From Tubulanus polymorphus (lineage: Eukaryota > Animalia > Nemertea), in NCBI RefSeq assembly GCF_964204645.1, contig NC_134034.1, positions 13,343,062-13,407,061 on the forward strand: DNA of 64,000 nt, in the 5' to 3' direction. Under the pieces are notes generated by a model that was not told where the DNA came from, did not search any database, and saw nothing but the letters and a program-made list of their open reading frames with translations. Each line of letters opens with the position of its first letter. The first letter of the stretch is position 1. Of this stretch, positions 40,092-53,419 are shown piece by piece. The position numbers and the translations under genes are program-made.

Positions 40092-40575
40092 CTGCGTTCA
40101 CACTAGGATTTCAGTACAGTACTAAGCGTTCACACTAGGATTTCAGTACGGTACTAAGCGCTCACACTAGGAAATTATTCGTGGCCTATTCGCGGCTTAT
40201 TCAGTTCCGTACTGAAATACGTGGCTTATTAAGCGCGGAATGCGATTCCGCGCCGAAATCCCGATCTCAGTACGGTACTGAGCTGGACGCGTATTTTCTG
40301 TAGTGTGAACGCGGATTCGGCGCTTAGCTAGCCGCGTAGTACGCTACACTCAACACTGATTACACTCCCCTCTATCGGCACACCGGGTGACTACTGTACC
40401 GGGCTTACTAAGCGCCGAATTGTCAACTCGTAGTGTGAACGTAATTGGCTGCGTAAGCGCCGTATTTTGGTGAATTCGGCACCAGCGAAGTGCGGTACTT
40501 CGTAAGCGCCGTATTTTGGTGAATTCGGCACCAGCGAAGTACGGTACTTCGTAAGCGCCGAATCTAGTGTGAATC
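40092..40575. mobile_element. PIF/Harbinger-like MITE with internal tandem repeats
   Basis: Termini GCGTTCACACTAG...CTAGTGTGAA; repeated tcagtacggtact blocks and a duplicated unit of about 49 bp at 40452-40560. Confidence 0.55.
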
Positions 40576-40824
40576 TGGAATGATGAATGAAGTCAAAACC
40601 GTTCTATATTTTGGTATTTTCAGCTCAGAAACAAAGAAAATGAAAAATCAATGAAACGCTCTTTCACAGCTGCCTAATTTCAATGCAATTCGATATTATT
40701 ATTTGACAATCTCCTGAGTGGAACTGAGAACAAAGACCAATTGAATCACCTGCGTAATGATAACTGAATTTGAATTAAACTCAATGAATTCACTCTATTT
40801 AAACCGCCATCTATTCGTAAGACA

Positions 40825-40893
40825 CGTGCAGTATAACACGTTTCATCGACTTCACAAACGCGAGATATTCGAAATCTACAGAATCGGAGAAAC
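40825..40893 (+). promoter_or_regulatory. Conserved core promoter / 5' UTR of the 8-Cys peptide genes
   Basis: cgtgcagtataacacgtttcatcgacttcacaaacgcgagrtattcgaaatctacagaatcggaraaac-ATG is nearly identical to the reverse complement of 33207-33275. Confidence 0.65.
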
Positions 40894-42212
40894 ATGTTGT
40901 CATCAAAGGTAATGAGTTAATAGATGCTCTCTTAAAATCTTCTGTTGTCGCAGTGTTTTATTTTGTCCGAATACAAATATCTATTGCACTCCAACCATTT
41001 CTATGGTATATGGAGGAAAAATATAATTCTTACAATAATTTACAACAAAAAAACAGAAAGTGAAAACGATTTACCATATACATACTATTGGAGGGAGATT
41101 TAAGTAGTTTTCGCAGTCGTACGTGTCAAATGATTTAAACACTACATCTATCGCAGGTTTCAAACACCTGATTTTATGTATTACCACGTACTTATGATAG
41201 CGAAATTTCCGCTGTGGTCGATGTCCTACTTCAAACAGGCGACACCTGGTGGATCTTCACTCGTCATGTGTGGAATAATCTGTTACAGCGTCAGTTAATA
41301 TCCTACTTCACAAATGCGACATTTTGGTCGATCCTCATTTTGTCGCGAATGGAATTCTCCACTGGTTGCAGTAGTTAATGTCCTATTGCACACTGATGAC
41401 ACCTGGTGGATCTTCACTTGCCACGAGTGCCGTGGAATCCTCTGTTGCTGCAGTAGTTGATGTCCTACTGCACACTAGTGACACCTGGTTGATCCTCACT
41501 TGCCACGAGTGCCGTGGAATCCTCTATTGTTGCGGTAGTTGATGTCCTACTGCACACTAGTGACACCTGGTGGATCATCACTTGCCACGAGTGCCGTGGA
41601 ATCCTCTGTTGCCGCAGTAGTTGATGTCCTACTGCACACTAGTGACACCTGGTTGATCCTCACTTGCCACGAGTGCCGTGGAATCCTCTGTTGCTGCAGT
41701 AGTTGATGTCCTACTGCACACTAGCGACACCTGGTGGACCCTCAATTGCCACAAGTGGAATCCTCTATTACTGCAGTAGTTGATGTCCTACTGCGCAATC
41801 TTTGAGTACCCGGTCGACCGTGGACGTCCGGATACTAATACATTTCTACATTCAAATATTTGTACACAATTTCCAGAATTTCTATGAAACGAGTTTTTGT
41901 AGAATAATGCGTGTTACATCTTTTATGATTATATGACTTTCTTTTCAGTATCTGTTGGTTCTAGTTCTGGTGATGATCGCTGGTGGCGCTTATTCAAACG
42001 TCGATGAAAGTGGTGACGGTTATGAGCGCGGTTACTTAGATGAAAGTGGGTTTGGTAAATCGGCGTCGTGTTACGAATGTATGGGTAAATGTGAAACTCC
42101 TTGTCTCCCGTATCTGGAATCAATTTCACCTACGTTTCCATCATGTGTCGGTGCCTGTTTACGTAGTAACTGCACTTCATTATGTCAAGACGAATGGTGG
42201 TGGTCAGGGTAG
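40894..42212 (+). CDS. Secreted 8-cysteine peptide precursor, paralog 2 (two coding exons)
   Basis: Exon 1 40894-40908 (MLSSK, donor gtaatg); exon 2 41949-42212 after ttttcag: YLLVLVLVMIAGGAYS-NVDESGDGYERGYLDESGFGKSASCYECMGKCETPCLPYLESISPTFPSCVGACLRSNCTSLCQDEWWWSG*. AATAAA at about 42275. Confidence 0.85.
41210..41793. repeat. 82-bp tandem repeat (5 good and about 2 degenerate copies) with a CTCF-like motif
   Basis: gacacctgg recurs at 41398, 41480, 41562, 41644 and 41726. Confidence 0.9.
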
Positions 42213-44157
42213 CGCTTTCAAATTGCTTGAAACCGATAATCATGATTTTTCTGGTATCACCGATATGACTCGAAAATAAAATACAGGCAACTTACAATCA
42301 ATTCGTTTTATTAATTCGTCGGTAAAGGGAAATATATCGATACGCCCCCTAGTGGTAAATAGATAGTTGGGAGACGATCTTGGCGCCCCCTAATAATATT
42401 CATCATAAGTGATTTTAAGTACTAAACTCTACTCAATATCACGTCTAATTGGACTGAAAAGGAAAGGAAATAATGGGTGGATTTGATAGATGAGCCAATA
42501 GTACCTGAAATATCAAATGTCAAAAATCGACCGCAAAGTTCAAGGTCATTTAGAGGTCGTAAAGGTAACCCTAGCGTGTCAGTAGACAAGCTGATTATGT
42601 AAATCCACTAACGACCATCTGTTTTATTTCTGATAGCCTATCATTCATCCCTTCCCTTGCGGGAATAAACGAAATTTGAATTAGTCAAACTATCGTGGTT
42701 TACTAGCCCAAACAGGAGTCCGACTCCTGGTGCTATTATTAGTGCAGTTACCTAGTAACGCGTTGAATCATTTATTGTTAAATTATTTGATATCCATTTC
42801 TAACAATGATATACATAATAATGACGTGAAGTGTTTGTCCAGTGTTACATTCGTTTCTTTATTACATTCGTCGAATTGTTTGTGCAAAACAAATCGTCTC
42901 ATAATACAAACATAGTAACTACAGGCCCGCAGTCCGGGGGGTTTCTAACAATGCTCAAAATGCTCAAATTTGGGCATCTGGGCGTCGGTGAGCCAGTTAC
43001 CGGGCTTGAGAAAATTTGAGCATCGATTTCAAAATATTGACTAAATTGTTTGGACTTTTGCATTTGTTTTCATTAAAAATATGCACATGCTTCCAAACTC
43101 ACTTCGATTAAGGCTGAAAAAAGAAGTAAAAATTTCACCGCAAATAAGTTAGAAATTGTGAAAAGTTTCTGCGCTAGTATTCTCTGTACTCCCATTTGCG
43201 TGGGGAAAGTTCCAGTTTCAAGAAGAAAGTTCCACTTCCATTTAAAAAAGTTCCCCTTTCATGAAAATAGGGATAACAGCCCGAGTATTGTTTATGGTCA
43301 ATGGTTTAAGGTAGAATGAACCGTTTTGTATTATAAGCTGTTAGGTCTGTTTGTCAGCATTCTGAAGGTATGAAGCAAACCAATGGTTGTCACCGTGACG
43401 TGGCTTCGTAGAAATGTCTCCGAATGTCACTCCTAGGATCGAGAGATCGAATACCGTTTGTTCGAAGTATTTCTGAATGCTACAAGTCGCGCGCATGTTC
43501 ATTGGAATTTCAAACCAAATGATTTTGGTCGTCGGTACCGAAATCTTTTCCGAGTGTAGAATCATCTTTAAATTCTTTTTTGAGTTGTCCGACATAAATT
43601 TGCTTTTTTGCAGGAAATCTTGCCCTTCTGAGGAAGAAATTAAGAGCCACCTTTGTGAACATGCCTGGGATTGCCAACCAATCGGGGAATTCCCGCCATG
43701 TGAAGTGTAGGTGCGGACTTATGGGTGGTCGTCGGTCCGGATCCCTATCTTTCCATTGAAGTTGTTCTTCAATTCAAAAGTTAAAACCTGCAAATTTGGC
43801 ACAAATCCTTTCAGAAATTGCGTATTTTCGAATTAATTTCAATCTTCAAAAATATCTACGTAACACCCAAGGTAGGACTGACTCCGCTACAAGGGAATCA
43901 CATGGCTGCTATATCTGGAAAATGGCTTTTATTTTCTTCTAGTCACCGATCGGCCTTCCAATTTTCCTAGGTCCGCCCCTGAAGCGACCATGACCTCTGG
44001 GTTAACCAGTCGGACTTTCGCCAAAGAAAAAACAACATAAGATACGATAAAACCTTTTTTCAAATGATGGATGACTATTATTTATTTTTTTTCTAATGGT
44101 AAACAATGGATTTTTCTAATATTATTACAAAAATAAGCTATAACAACTTAAATCGAT

Positions 44158-44372
44158 TTTTCCAACACAGTCAGACGATTTTAAAACAAATATACCACAC
44201 CAGGGGGCAGCAGCGTACATACACGCATATTTTCCGACACAATCAGGCGGGATTTTAAAACAAATATACCACACCAGGGGGCACCAGCGTACATACACGC
44301 AGATTTCCAACACAATCAGACGGGATTTTAAAATAAATCTCCCACACCAGGGGGCAGCAGCGAACATACAAG
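44158..44372. repeat. About 72-bp tandem repeat, 3 copies
   Basis: Each copy contains ccacaccagggggca(g/c)cagc. Confidence 0.8.
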
Positions 44373-46574
44373 CAAAACGAATCTTTCTCGATCTTTTTCT
44401 CAAACGAATTTTTTTTTTTTTTTAATCATTCACGGTTCCATACCGAACTTCAAACATTTTCCCTCGCGCCCGCATTCAGCCCAAAACATGTGGAATAAAA
44501 CCTTGGGCATTAATAAAACAACACTCACACTTAGAAAGACACATAATCATTATCAATCTTTACACAAGGACATTTACGTATGAATATAATTTGCAAAAGT
44601 GCTAGAATATTTTTCTTCACGAGTATTTTTTTCATCCTTTTTTCTATAATTTTTTCCTATAAAACGACATTTGTGAGCAGTGATTGCAATGAATGAACAT
44701 ATATATATATATATAATAATGATACATAATCTGAATATAAGTGATGCCATGGTTTTGCCAAACCGGTCGCATCCAGTACGCGACCTTTCCATTCAAAACG
44801 AATAAAAATTACGATCTAGAAAAAAATACCTCGACCTAAATTCTCGTATTTGGACCCATACTAAAAAACGACGACAATGATTGGAGTGTGCGACTAGGTA
44901 AGAATTATTTCGCTAAATAAATGGAATGAGACATAAATGGAGACGAGGAATACTGAAAATGCGGGCCCGGATTTTATAGACCGGGGCGAGGGACGGGCGG
45001 TAAACGAACTCAAACCCCGCCACCTAGTGTTAATTCCCGCACTGAATGATTAGACCGGTTCTCGGAGCTCCGTTCGATTCTATAACGATTCCAACAAGAA
45101 TTCAGACCCGATCTTTTTAAGAAGCCCGTTCAGTCTAGACACAGTAAATCCGGCATATTACTCATATAATCTATCGAGGATTTTACTGGTGAATCTCACA
45201 CCTAACAAAACCATCATGAGAATGCACATAGTCGATAGATTGTCAAGAAATATAGATATTGTTGGTTATGTTACAAAACCCATTAGCCCAGGAATGAACT
45301 TAGCATTCAGCAAATCTTGCCTTAGTCGGTTAAAATGAGAGAACAATGTGGATGAAGTGAATGACAGATACATAACAATAAAAGGCGAGATTCACATATA
45401 TGAACACAATACAAGATGGCGGCTGATTTAGAAATATTATGACTGCAAACAATTATTAAATCAAATACTTTCGACACAAAACCGCAGCAGGCTTGGATTT
45501 AATCCAAATTTTATCCAGCGAACCGCGCTTAATCCGGATCCGTTTGGACCGGTTTACTTAATCCGGTTTATGAGAAGCACGAATTAAAAACATCATATTT
45601 TTACGCGCATTTTGTTTACATACAGTTAGATAGATAGTGATTGAGATACGGATTACACTGAGTTGGATTAAGACTGAAAAAAATGATACCTCGTTTCATC
45701 CCGGTCACTTTCTTAAACTGCGATAAAATTTGTTATCAGTTCATTTCTATAACTGCCCAGCCTGATCATGATTTCTTAAAAAGTAATGTACAGGGCACAA
45801 GCTATAGGCGGCCGGACAGATCCTTAAGTTAAGCAAAAATGAGAAACGAGGTATCAATTTTTTAGCCTATACATAAATAAATATAAAGGCCCTATATCGA
45901 ACTGGAATTTTGCCAAGTAAGTTCTAAAAGGGAGATCGTGCGCTTGTATTCATGTAACACATGTGATCCGGTGTGTTCTCAATCAGAAGAGTGACAGCAG
46001 TTCACAGCAGTGCGCGCTCACTGTTAAACATACCGTATCAGTAATAACTGACTGTTCAAACACAAATACATATTATTAACAAAATCTATTCGATTCACAT
46101 AATCCAATACCTGTCTCTCTAATATAATCACAGCATTGTCACTATCGAATATTAGTAATACACCGATCCTCTCGCTCTGACAACTGACAAGTCAATAAAT
46201 CATTTATTTTTCCATCCCCAATTGCAGGAATTTCGAAAAAAATTTACTTTCAATTTCACCAGTCTCGTACTGACCGACCCGACAGAGTATCTCTCTTCTC
46301 AATATGTGTTTCTTAAACTCTTAAGTATTTGACCCCAACTTGGGGTAGCTTCAATTTTACCGCAGTAAGAGACAGAGTCTACTGTATTTCACAAACTGTA
46401 TCTCGAGTAAGAGAGACTCTATTGCACATGTTTAGCTCAGTAGCTAATAAATAAGTATTCATCTCTAAACATTTTCAAAGCAAAAACAACTTTAACTTTT
46501 ATCACAAATTTCTAAAATGTTTTCATCCTCTCCTGTCCTGAATTCCCTTCGATCTTTTATCCGCGCGCAAAATC

Positions 46575-49500
46575 TCATAGATTCTTTTTCGTTTCTTCAG
46601 CCACAGCAGCGCCTCTGGTGGTGCCGTTTGACACTAAATGAATGTCCGTCTGCCCTGCCGCCGTCGACGAGGTCTTCGACGTCTGGTGTAGATTAGCGGC
46701 GAGCGCGTGCCACAATCGGCGCAGGTGTTCGTGAATTACGACGCCGAGACTGACGCCGACAAGCGGACCGATCCAGTAGACGAGCACGTATTCCAGTTTA
46801 GTGTTTCCGACACAGTTCCACGTTTGAGCCGTCGCGTTCGCCGGATTCAGGTACATCCCAGTCAAATTCAATCCTACAAATACACGACAATCGAGAGAAG
46901 ACTATAATAATACATTCATCATTCAATACAACTATGATATTTGTAAATTCAGATTAGGATTGAAACAAAATTAACTCTGGATCCAGTTTCTCGAACAAGT
47001 TTAACTCAAATTTTTGGTATAATTGCCAATGGTTACTTCATGTTTTCAATGAGGACAACAATTCAAACTTAACCGTTTTAGGCTTAAACTTTTTCATGAA
47101 ACCTGACCCAGGTCGCATAAGATCAGACTCGATTGTCGGATCGTAACAAAAAAGGGCAGCCCAAAAAAAATGATGGACTGGTACAAGTTTCAAAAGTCCC
47201 CTGGAACTAGAAAATATTCCATTGTTGGAAGCTCATATATACTTTGAATTTTTTGGAATAGTTGAGCTCTAAAAAAGGAGTAGAAACCACTCTCAATTAT
47301 TTGTCAGTTAGGTCTAGGTACAAGCGCGGATCTATGGGGTTTTATAGGTCTCCTGGAAGACCCTCAAAAAATTTTACAACTCAAAATGCAGGAAACGGCT
47401 TCAAATCAGTGCTGGAATCTCAAAATTTTCTGTGGGGGCCACAGGAAGGACTTCGCGCTGAAGCAGTGTAAGCCTCTTCGCGCGCTGTGCTCGGTGTGTT
47501 ATCAGTGCCCTTTTCTTTTAGGTATGTCCCTAGAATTCCGAGAAGACCCTCAGATTTACCCCTAGATCCGCAACTGAGGTACCCACCCCAGGAGAAATCA
47601 GCAACCTATACTTACCAGCTAAAGTCATCATGATTCCGAAAATGCCCTTCGCGAACGGTTCGTAACGCTCGAACATAAAGCGTTTAGTCGTCGTTTTCGC
47701 GATGATCGAATCGATCACCGTCGCCGAGAGTTCGATCGCCAATCCGAGCATGACCGGTACGTTCAGGTGCGACTCGCACGTCTGCTCGTTGAACCTCGCG
47801 GCGTGTTCGCTTGACAGCTCCAAACGCCACGTTTGACGCGCGTACGCGAACGCCACCTGTCCGGCGACCATCTGAATCGACATCAACACGACCGTGCGCA
47901 GCAGACGCTGTTTGCCTTCCATGTATTTGCGGAAATTACGGATCGGATTCGAACACGAGTCGCCGAACGTGTGCGACGCCCAGTAACCGAGGAAAAAACT
48001 CTGCACGCAATACGCGCCCATACCGTACGCGCGGCGCACGAATCCGTTCTCGAGTCCGCACGCGATCGACTGGAACGTCGATATCGCGTCGGCCGTGTAC
48101 GGCTGCACACGCCGCGACATGTATTTACAATTGCCGATGCGCAGTAGACGCGCGAGCAGCATCGTCGCGCTGATGTAGAACACGGTTACGATGATGTGGT
48201 ACTCGCGTATTTCCGGTTCCGGTTGACGACCGATCAACACGTCCCATAATCGCTGTACGATCGCCTGCAAATATACAGAATATTGAATCATGAATAACGC
48301 AGCTGTGGCAATTGAGGATCCACCAGGGGCGCTAGTAGTCAATCAGTTTTATGCACTCCATTTTGTTGATACTACTGTGGCAACTGAGGATCCACCAGGG
48401 GCGCTAGTAGTCAATCAGTTTTATGCACCCCAGTTTGTCCTTAATAAATGCTACTGTGGCAACTGAAGATCCACCAGGGGGCACTAGTAGTATGCGCGTA
48501 ATAATTTTCTAAATTTCATCTATATTCAATACATAACTATTGACGCTACTTCATGAAGTATATGGCACCTGCGGATCCACCAGGTCAGGTGTAACATAAT
48601 ATACACTATCAATGTTATGCTCACTCAATGCTACTGTTGCGTTGGAAGATTCCAGCTGTGGCAATTGAGGATCGACCGAGTGCCATCAGGCTGTAATCCC
48701 TACAGAGGGAGGATGAGTGAAGATTCACCACGAGTTCCAATAGTCAGTCGGTATAATTTTGTTGTATAAGTAATCGATATTTAATATAGCGCAACGATCT
48801 GCGCGGGGTGCTCAGTAACTCAAATACAGGATTTTTAATCTCGATTCATCTATTCTGTACAGGTCAAATTTCTACGCTTATTCTAAACCTGGTTTTAAAT
48901 GCACGGAATGAAATTTATTGCGGATCGCATGAAATGGATTTAATTTGCATAAATTCACGCGAAATCGATGCCAAACATGCCAACGCAGAAATTTAATCCA
49001 TTAAAATCGCGCGAACGCGATGAAAATCTAACTGAAATTTTGCAGGCATTAAATAAAGATCTTTCATAGAGTAACTCAATATCGAGTTTATGATGTACGC
49101 ACATGCTGTTATAGGCAGACGAATATTAAAAACTAATTATAATTGCATTAATCAGGAAGAAAAAACGTGTGGCTGAAACAGATTTACTACGTGTAAAAGC
49201 AGTATATAAACCTATAGATAAGAGGAGGCTGCGAGGATTTTATTTTGAATTCAAATATCATTAGTCAAATATCGTAGTCCTGAGGCCGGTTCAAAGCCCC
49301 TCCCCCCAAGGGGACTATAGCCGCGATCGCACGAGCATTTTTGGCCCGTACCAAACTTGGCCCGGAACAACTGTTCACACTGGTGCTGAATGGGCCCGAG
49401 CCTGTTTGGCCCGACCAAAAACGTCGGACCAGGCCCGAGCCAAATTTTAGCACCAGACAAATGATTGCGTTTGAATTGCAACTGGCACCGGAAATGATCC

Positions 49501-52500
49501 ACTTCGCTTTGTTTGAGCATTGTTTAGTATCGAGTGAATGGTTTACGTGTGAACGCGCTCTCTATTTAGGCACGGGCCAAATTAGGCCCGAGCCTGATCC
49601 GTGCATATTTGGCCCAGGCCAAATTGTCTCCGTGTGATCTTGGATTAAGACTACAGTCTAAGCTCTGACATTTTGGTTTTATAACCAGTCCCACAACTTC
49701 CGAGCAGGTATTAACATTTCCAGGCGCAAGTCCAGCAATAGTTTTTGCGCCTTTGATTCAAATGAAACCTAAGGCAGTTCTTTAGATCGGGTAAATGACA
49801 AACTAGAATTGAATCGACTACTCGATGATAAGATTGCAGTATTTAAATTCAGATCTATTCCGGAGAGATAAGGTAAACAGCCCGAAGACCGTGACGTGAA
49901 CGTTCCCAGATCTCGCACGCATACATTATCATCCAACTCAGAAACGATACATCATCAATAATCTTCATTCAAATTCGATCAACAGAAGATGGAAAGATTA
50001 GTGCCAGCACATGTGTTACCAACTTAAACCTGGAGCCAGGGATTTACTAAGACTGTTGTTTTTTTTAAATCTTAAAATAGGGATTGACCCTGTTATTTGT
50101 TTTGTTGGTGAATTTTGTTTGATTTTCTGATTGAGTGTCCCTTACTAACCCACCACACCTGCCGGGAAGGAAACAGGGGGTTTAATTTTGAAATCGGAAA
50201 TCAAAGTACAGATATAGTTGTGCGATCGGCGGTGACTGTTGTTTCATTGTCCATAGAACCGAGACCAAGAGGGTCTTAAGACTAGGAATCTATGAATAAG
50301 ATTTCTTCTTCTCAAATTGCATATTGAAGGGCAGGGGTCAGCACGGTACAGCACAACATAATGCAGTTTACAACAAATATTTTTCAAGGGGGCCTAGGAT
50401 TTTTTTAACAAAATGCAAAGCCACAAAATACAAGCTCACTGAAAAAGCATACATCACACTTCACTTACACTGAATGATTCTAAAAAACCCATTTTCACTT
50501 TAATTCCGCTGATTGAAGAAAAAAAACAATAAATTTTTACAAATTTCATAAATTTCTTGCTTGTTTTCCGCAGTTTATATCGGAGTCCTATAATTGTTCG
50601 AAAGTAGAAATACGAACCATCACCGAAAAAGGGAAAATTGAAAAACGGAAATATTGATAAAAACCTTGTAATAGGAAAATAAAACTTATAAAGGAAATTC
50701 GATATAACGACATGCTTGAAATTGGGAGCCAAAAATGGAATTGTAATCGAAAATTTCGAAAAAAAAAAGAAAAATACAAATCGACCGAAAAAATTCAAAT
50801 TAAGCGTAATTTTTCGAACCTCGAAGAATTCTTTGGAAAATCCCTGAAAACAATCGACATTATCAGAGATATAGAAAACTAAGACTGGAATATCACACGG
50901 GAATCCCGTGTTAGGAAGTGTTTGTAAGGAATCCAGGAGTCGTAGGAAACGTGACCCAAATCAAGATTCACTCATTACAGTTAGAAACAGTAAACTTTCT
51001 GAATTGTTTTTAATTCTAGAATTCTGGTTCCAGATTCAATTTCGAGATCGATTTCATCGCTTTAAACATTACCTCTTCGCGCCAACGATTTTCCACAATC
51101 GGATCGACCAAATCCATGTTCTTGTGACGTTAATTAGCCAGTTTTTAAATTTGTTTATTTACAACAATCCGCCTTAATGTTGCCATCTTCACACATCAAA
51201 ATAATTCCATTGATAAAACAATAAATATCTGTGTGAATAAATATCTATGATGAAGAGACTCCCACAATTATAATGAAAAGTCCGAAAATGTTTCTTCATT
51301 GATCTGCTGCTAGTAGTTTATCGCGGGGTTCTCTATAGAAATCCATATAGAAAACAATACGCTAACTAAAAAACGGTTCAAACTTCTCGAGAGAGATCGT
51401 AACTTCTCTGAGGACGGAGAAATGAAACTAAGTCACGAGGCGTCGTTGAACAGTAAAATAGTTATTTATATTATTGTGCCATATTGTACTAGTACAGTAA
51501 GCGTCGACTAAACCTCCTCTGATGACAGATAGCGAGAGAGACAGCTGTTTATATTCATTCATAAGCAGCACACAACGTATTTCAATTATTATCATATCAT
51601 CATTCGTAATATCGAAGTAATTATCGACAAAAATCTTATGTCAACGAAAAATTTTCTTTTTTTCTTTGATTTTACAGACGCTCGTGAATTTTCTGAAAAT
51701 GACCAAAACACGCTGCGTTTTTTTTCAACAGACGCGCGACAACCTCCTAAACACGTCCTGGAGTCGATTTTCGAATACGAGAATCCGCTCGGATCTAAAA
51801 ACGACGTCGATTGAGTCATTTACCGAATTGAAGACTCCGCGAGGATCTAAAACCTATGCAACCGGAGTCATTTACTGAATTCAAGACTCTGCAAAATCCT
51901 AACACCTATATCCCGGAGTCATTGCTAAGAATATTATGAATATTTTCCTTTAGTAAGTCGGTTCCGTCATATGCTTAATCATGAAAATATTCCACCTGCC
52001 AAACATCTAGGAAATATCCATTGATCTCGATAATTCCGTACTGGGAAAAAACAACCGATTCTGATATCGACGATAATTTCTCCATTTCATCTCGTAAGTA
52101 TTTCTATATATCTCGAAAGTTGGATTAAGATTTAGAAGATAATCCGTAATAGCGCTCAGATCCGACCGCTCAAACTGGAGATAGATTTTATCGTTGAAAT
52201 CAATCCGCAATAAGAGAATTTGTTTACGGTTAGTAGAATCGACAATACTGTAACAGTTGAAACAGTCTCAGTCGGGTCGGGTAATATCATAGGCCTACGG
52301 CATACGGCATACGACCTGATATAAACACATACATGACGTGCACACGAACCACGGCGACCGCAGAGATCAATGCAAGTTAAAACATATGTTGTCATCGTTG
52401 ATTTTATAACTAAACCTATATAGAAAATGTTCATCGATATTGTATAACTAACTAACAATACAGAGCGCCGCCAGTTTCCGTCCGTTTATAAATTACCCGA

Positions 52501-53419
52501 GTTTTACCTCGATTTCTACAGATTCAAAATGTTGGTACTAACGCCTCTAAAATATAAATCATGACTAATCCGACCCTCCTCATGTCTGAAGATAGAACGC
52601 CTAACCTAGACTTTAATAAACTTAAAGGACTCGTATTCCTCTGAAGAAATAATTTCGAAAGATATCAAAAATTTTACCCCCCCCCCTAAAAAAAACTGAA
52701 CCTACTGATTTCATGTTCATATCGTCGTCATTTTATCATCGAATTCCCGACGAAATATCATTTCCACGACAGAACGCGAGGATTGAACGCACTTCGCACC
52801 AATAACGCCTGATTTTCACTTTTCTAGCACAAAGGCCACACACAGGATACAGAGTCGGCCGCACATGTGTGGTCAATTTTATTGGGTTATTATATATTTG
52901 CTGGTCAATAATTTCAGCCTATTATTTGCTTCGATGGTTTAACAGTTAACATCGAAGTTGGTCACAACGAATTACTGTAATTTCGCAATAATTATGGTGG
53001 AAAATAATCTAGGCGAATATCGACCCCAGAAACTGAAGTTCAAGTCTCGATTACTGCTATTACATCGGTAGAGCTCGTTAGCCCTCCAACAATTTGCGAT
53101 CAGAAATGTTTTCTCCGATTAAAGAAAATCAGCGCGATTTCAAGCGTCGAAAAATGAGTAACGAAAAATTTGGAATTCGAAAAAAATGTACGTGATTTAT
53201 TTCCAAATTTCTAATTTTTTTCCCAAAATTCCTAAATTTTTGAGAAATCGAGAAATCCTTCGGAAGATTTGCCGCATTCGACTTTCTGAGTGATTAAAAC
53301 GTTTTTTTTTTGTAAAAAGAAAACATTCTTACCGGTTTTGCGGTCGCGTTTCGAATGGCTTCCATTTCATTGAGGCGTACGACCTCCCAAGACATGCCTT
53401 CGTTTAACATGAATACCAT
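46575..53419 (-). CDS. Unorthodox (super)aquaporin, AQP11/AQP12-like
   Basis: Exon 48264-47616 (divergent first motif CSNPI; IELSAT) and exon 46873-46575 (TGMYLNPANAT, VYWIGPLVG). Candidate first coding exons 53419-53333 and 51117-51073 are both phase 0, matching the acceptor at 48264. Confidence 0.88.
48300..48492. repeat. Three tandem copies of a repeat with near-consensus CTCF motifs
   Basis: ctgtggcaaytgargatCCACCAGGGG(G)CRCTAG three times. Confidence 0.75.
49319..49645. mobile_element. MITE with repeated ggcccg sub-motifs (Harbinger-like)
   Basis: Imperfect termini gccgcgatcgcacg...cgtgtgatcttgg and internal mirrored gttcacac/gtgtgaac. Confidence 0.45.

Noticed and set aside
41210-41793. 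Regularly spaced repeats as a CRISPR array (also 22293-23121 and 60847-61229)
   Set aside because: Units are contiguous with no unique spacers, there are no cas genes, and the DNA is eukaryotic.
43341-43760. Coding-like minus-strand stretch
   Set aside because: No recognisable motif or splice structure; probably a decayed repeat.
47811-48173. Several + strand ORFs of 100-120 aa (also 13520-13816 on +, and 2002-2421 and 57249-57623 on -)
   Set aside because: Antisense shadows of GC-rich real exons.
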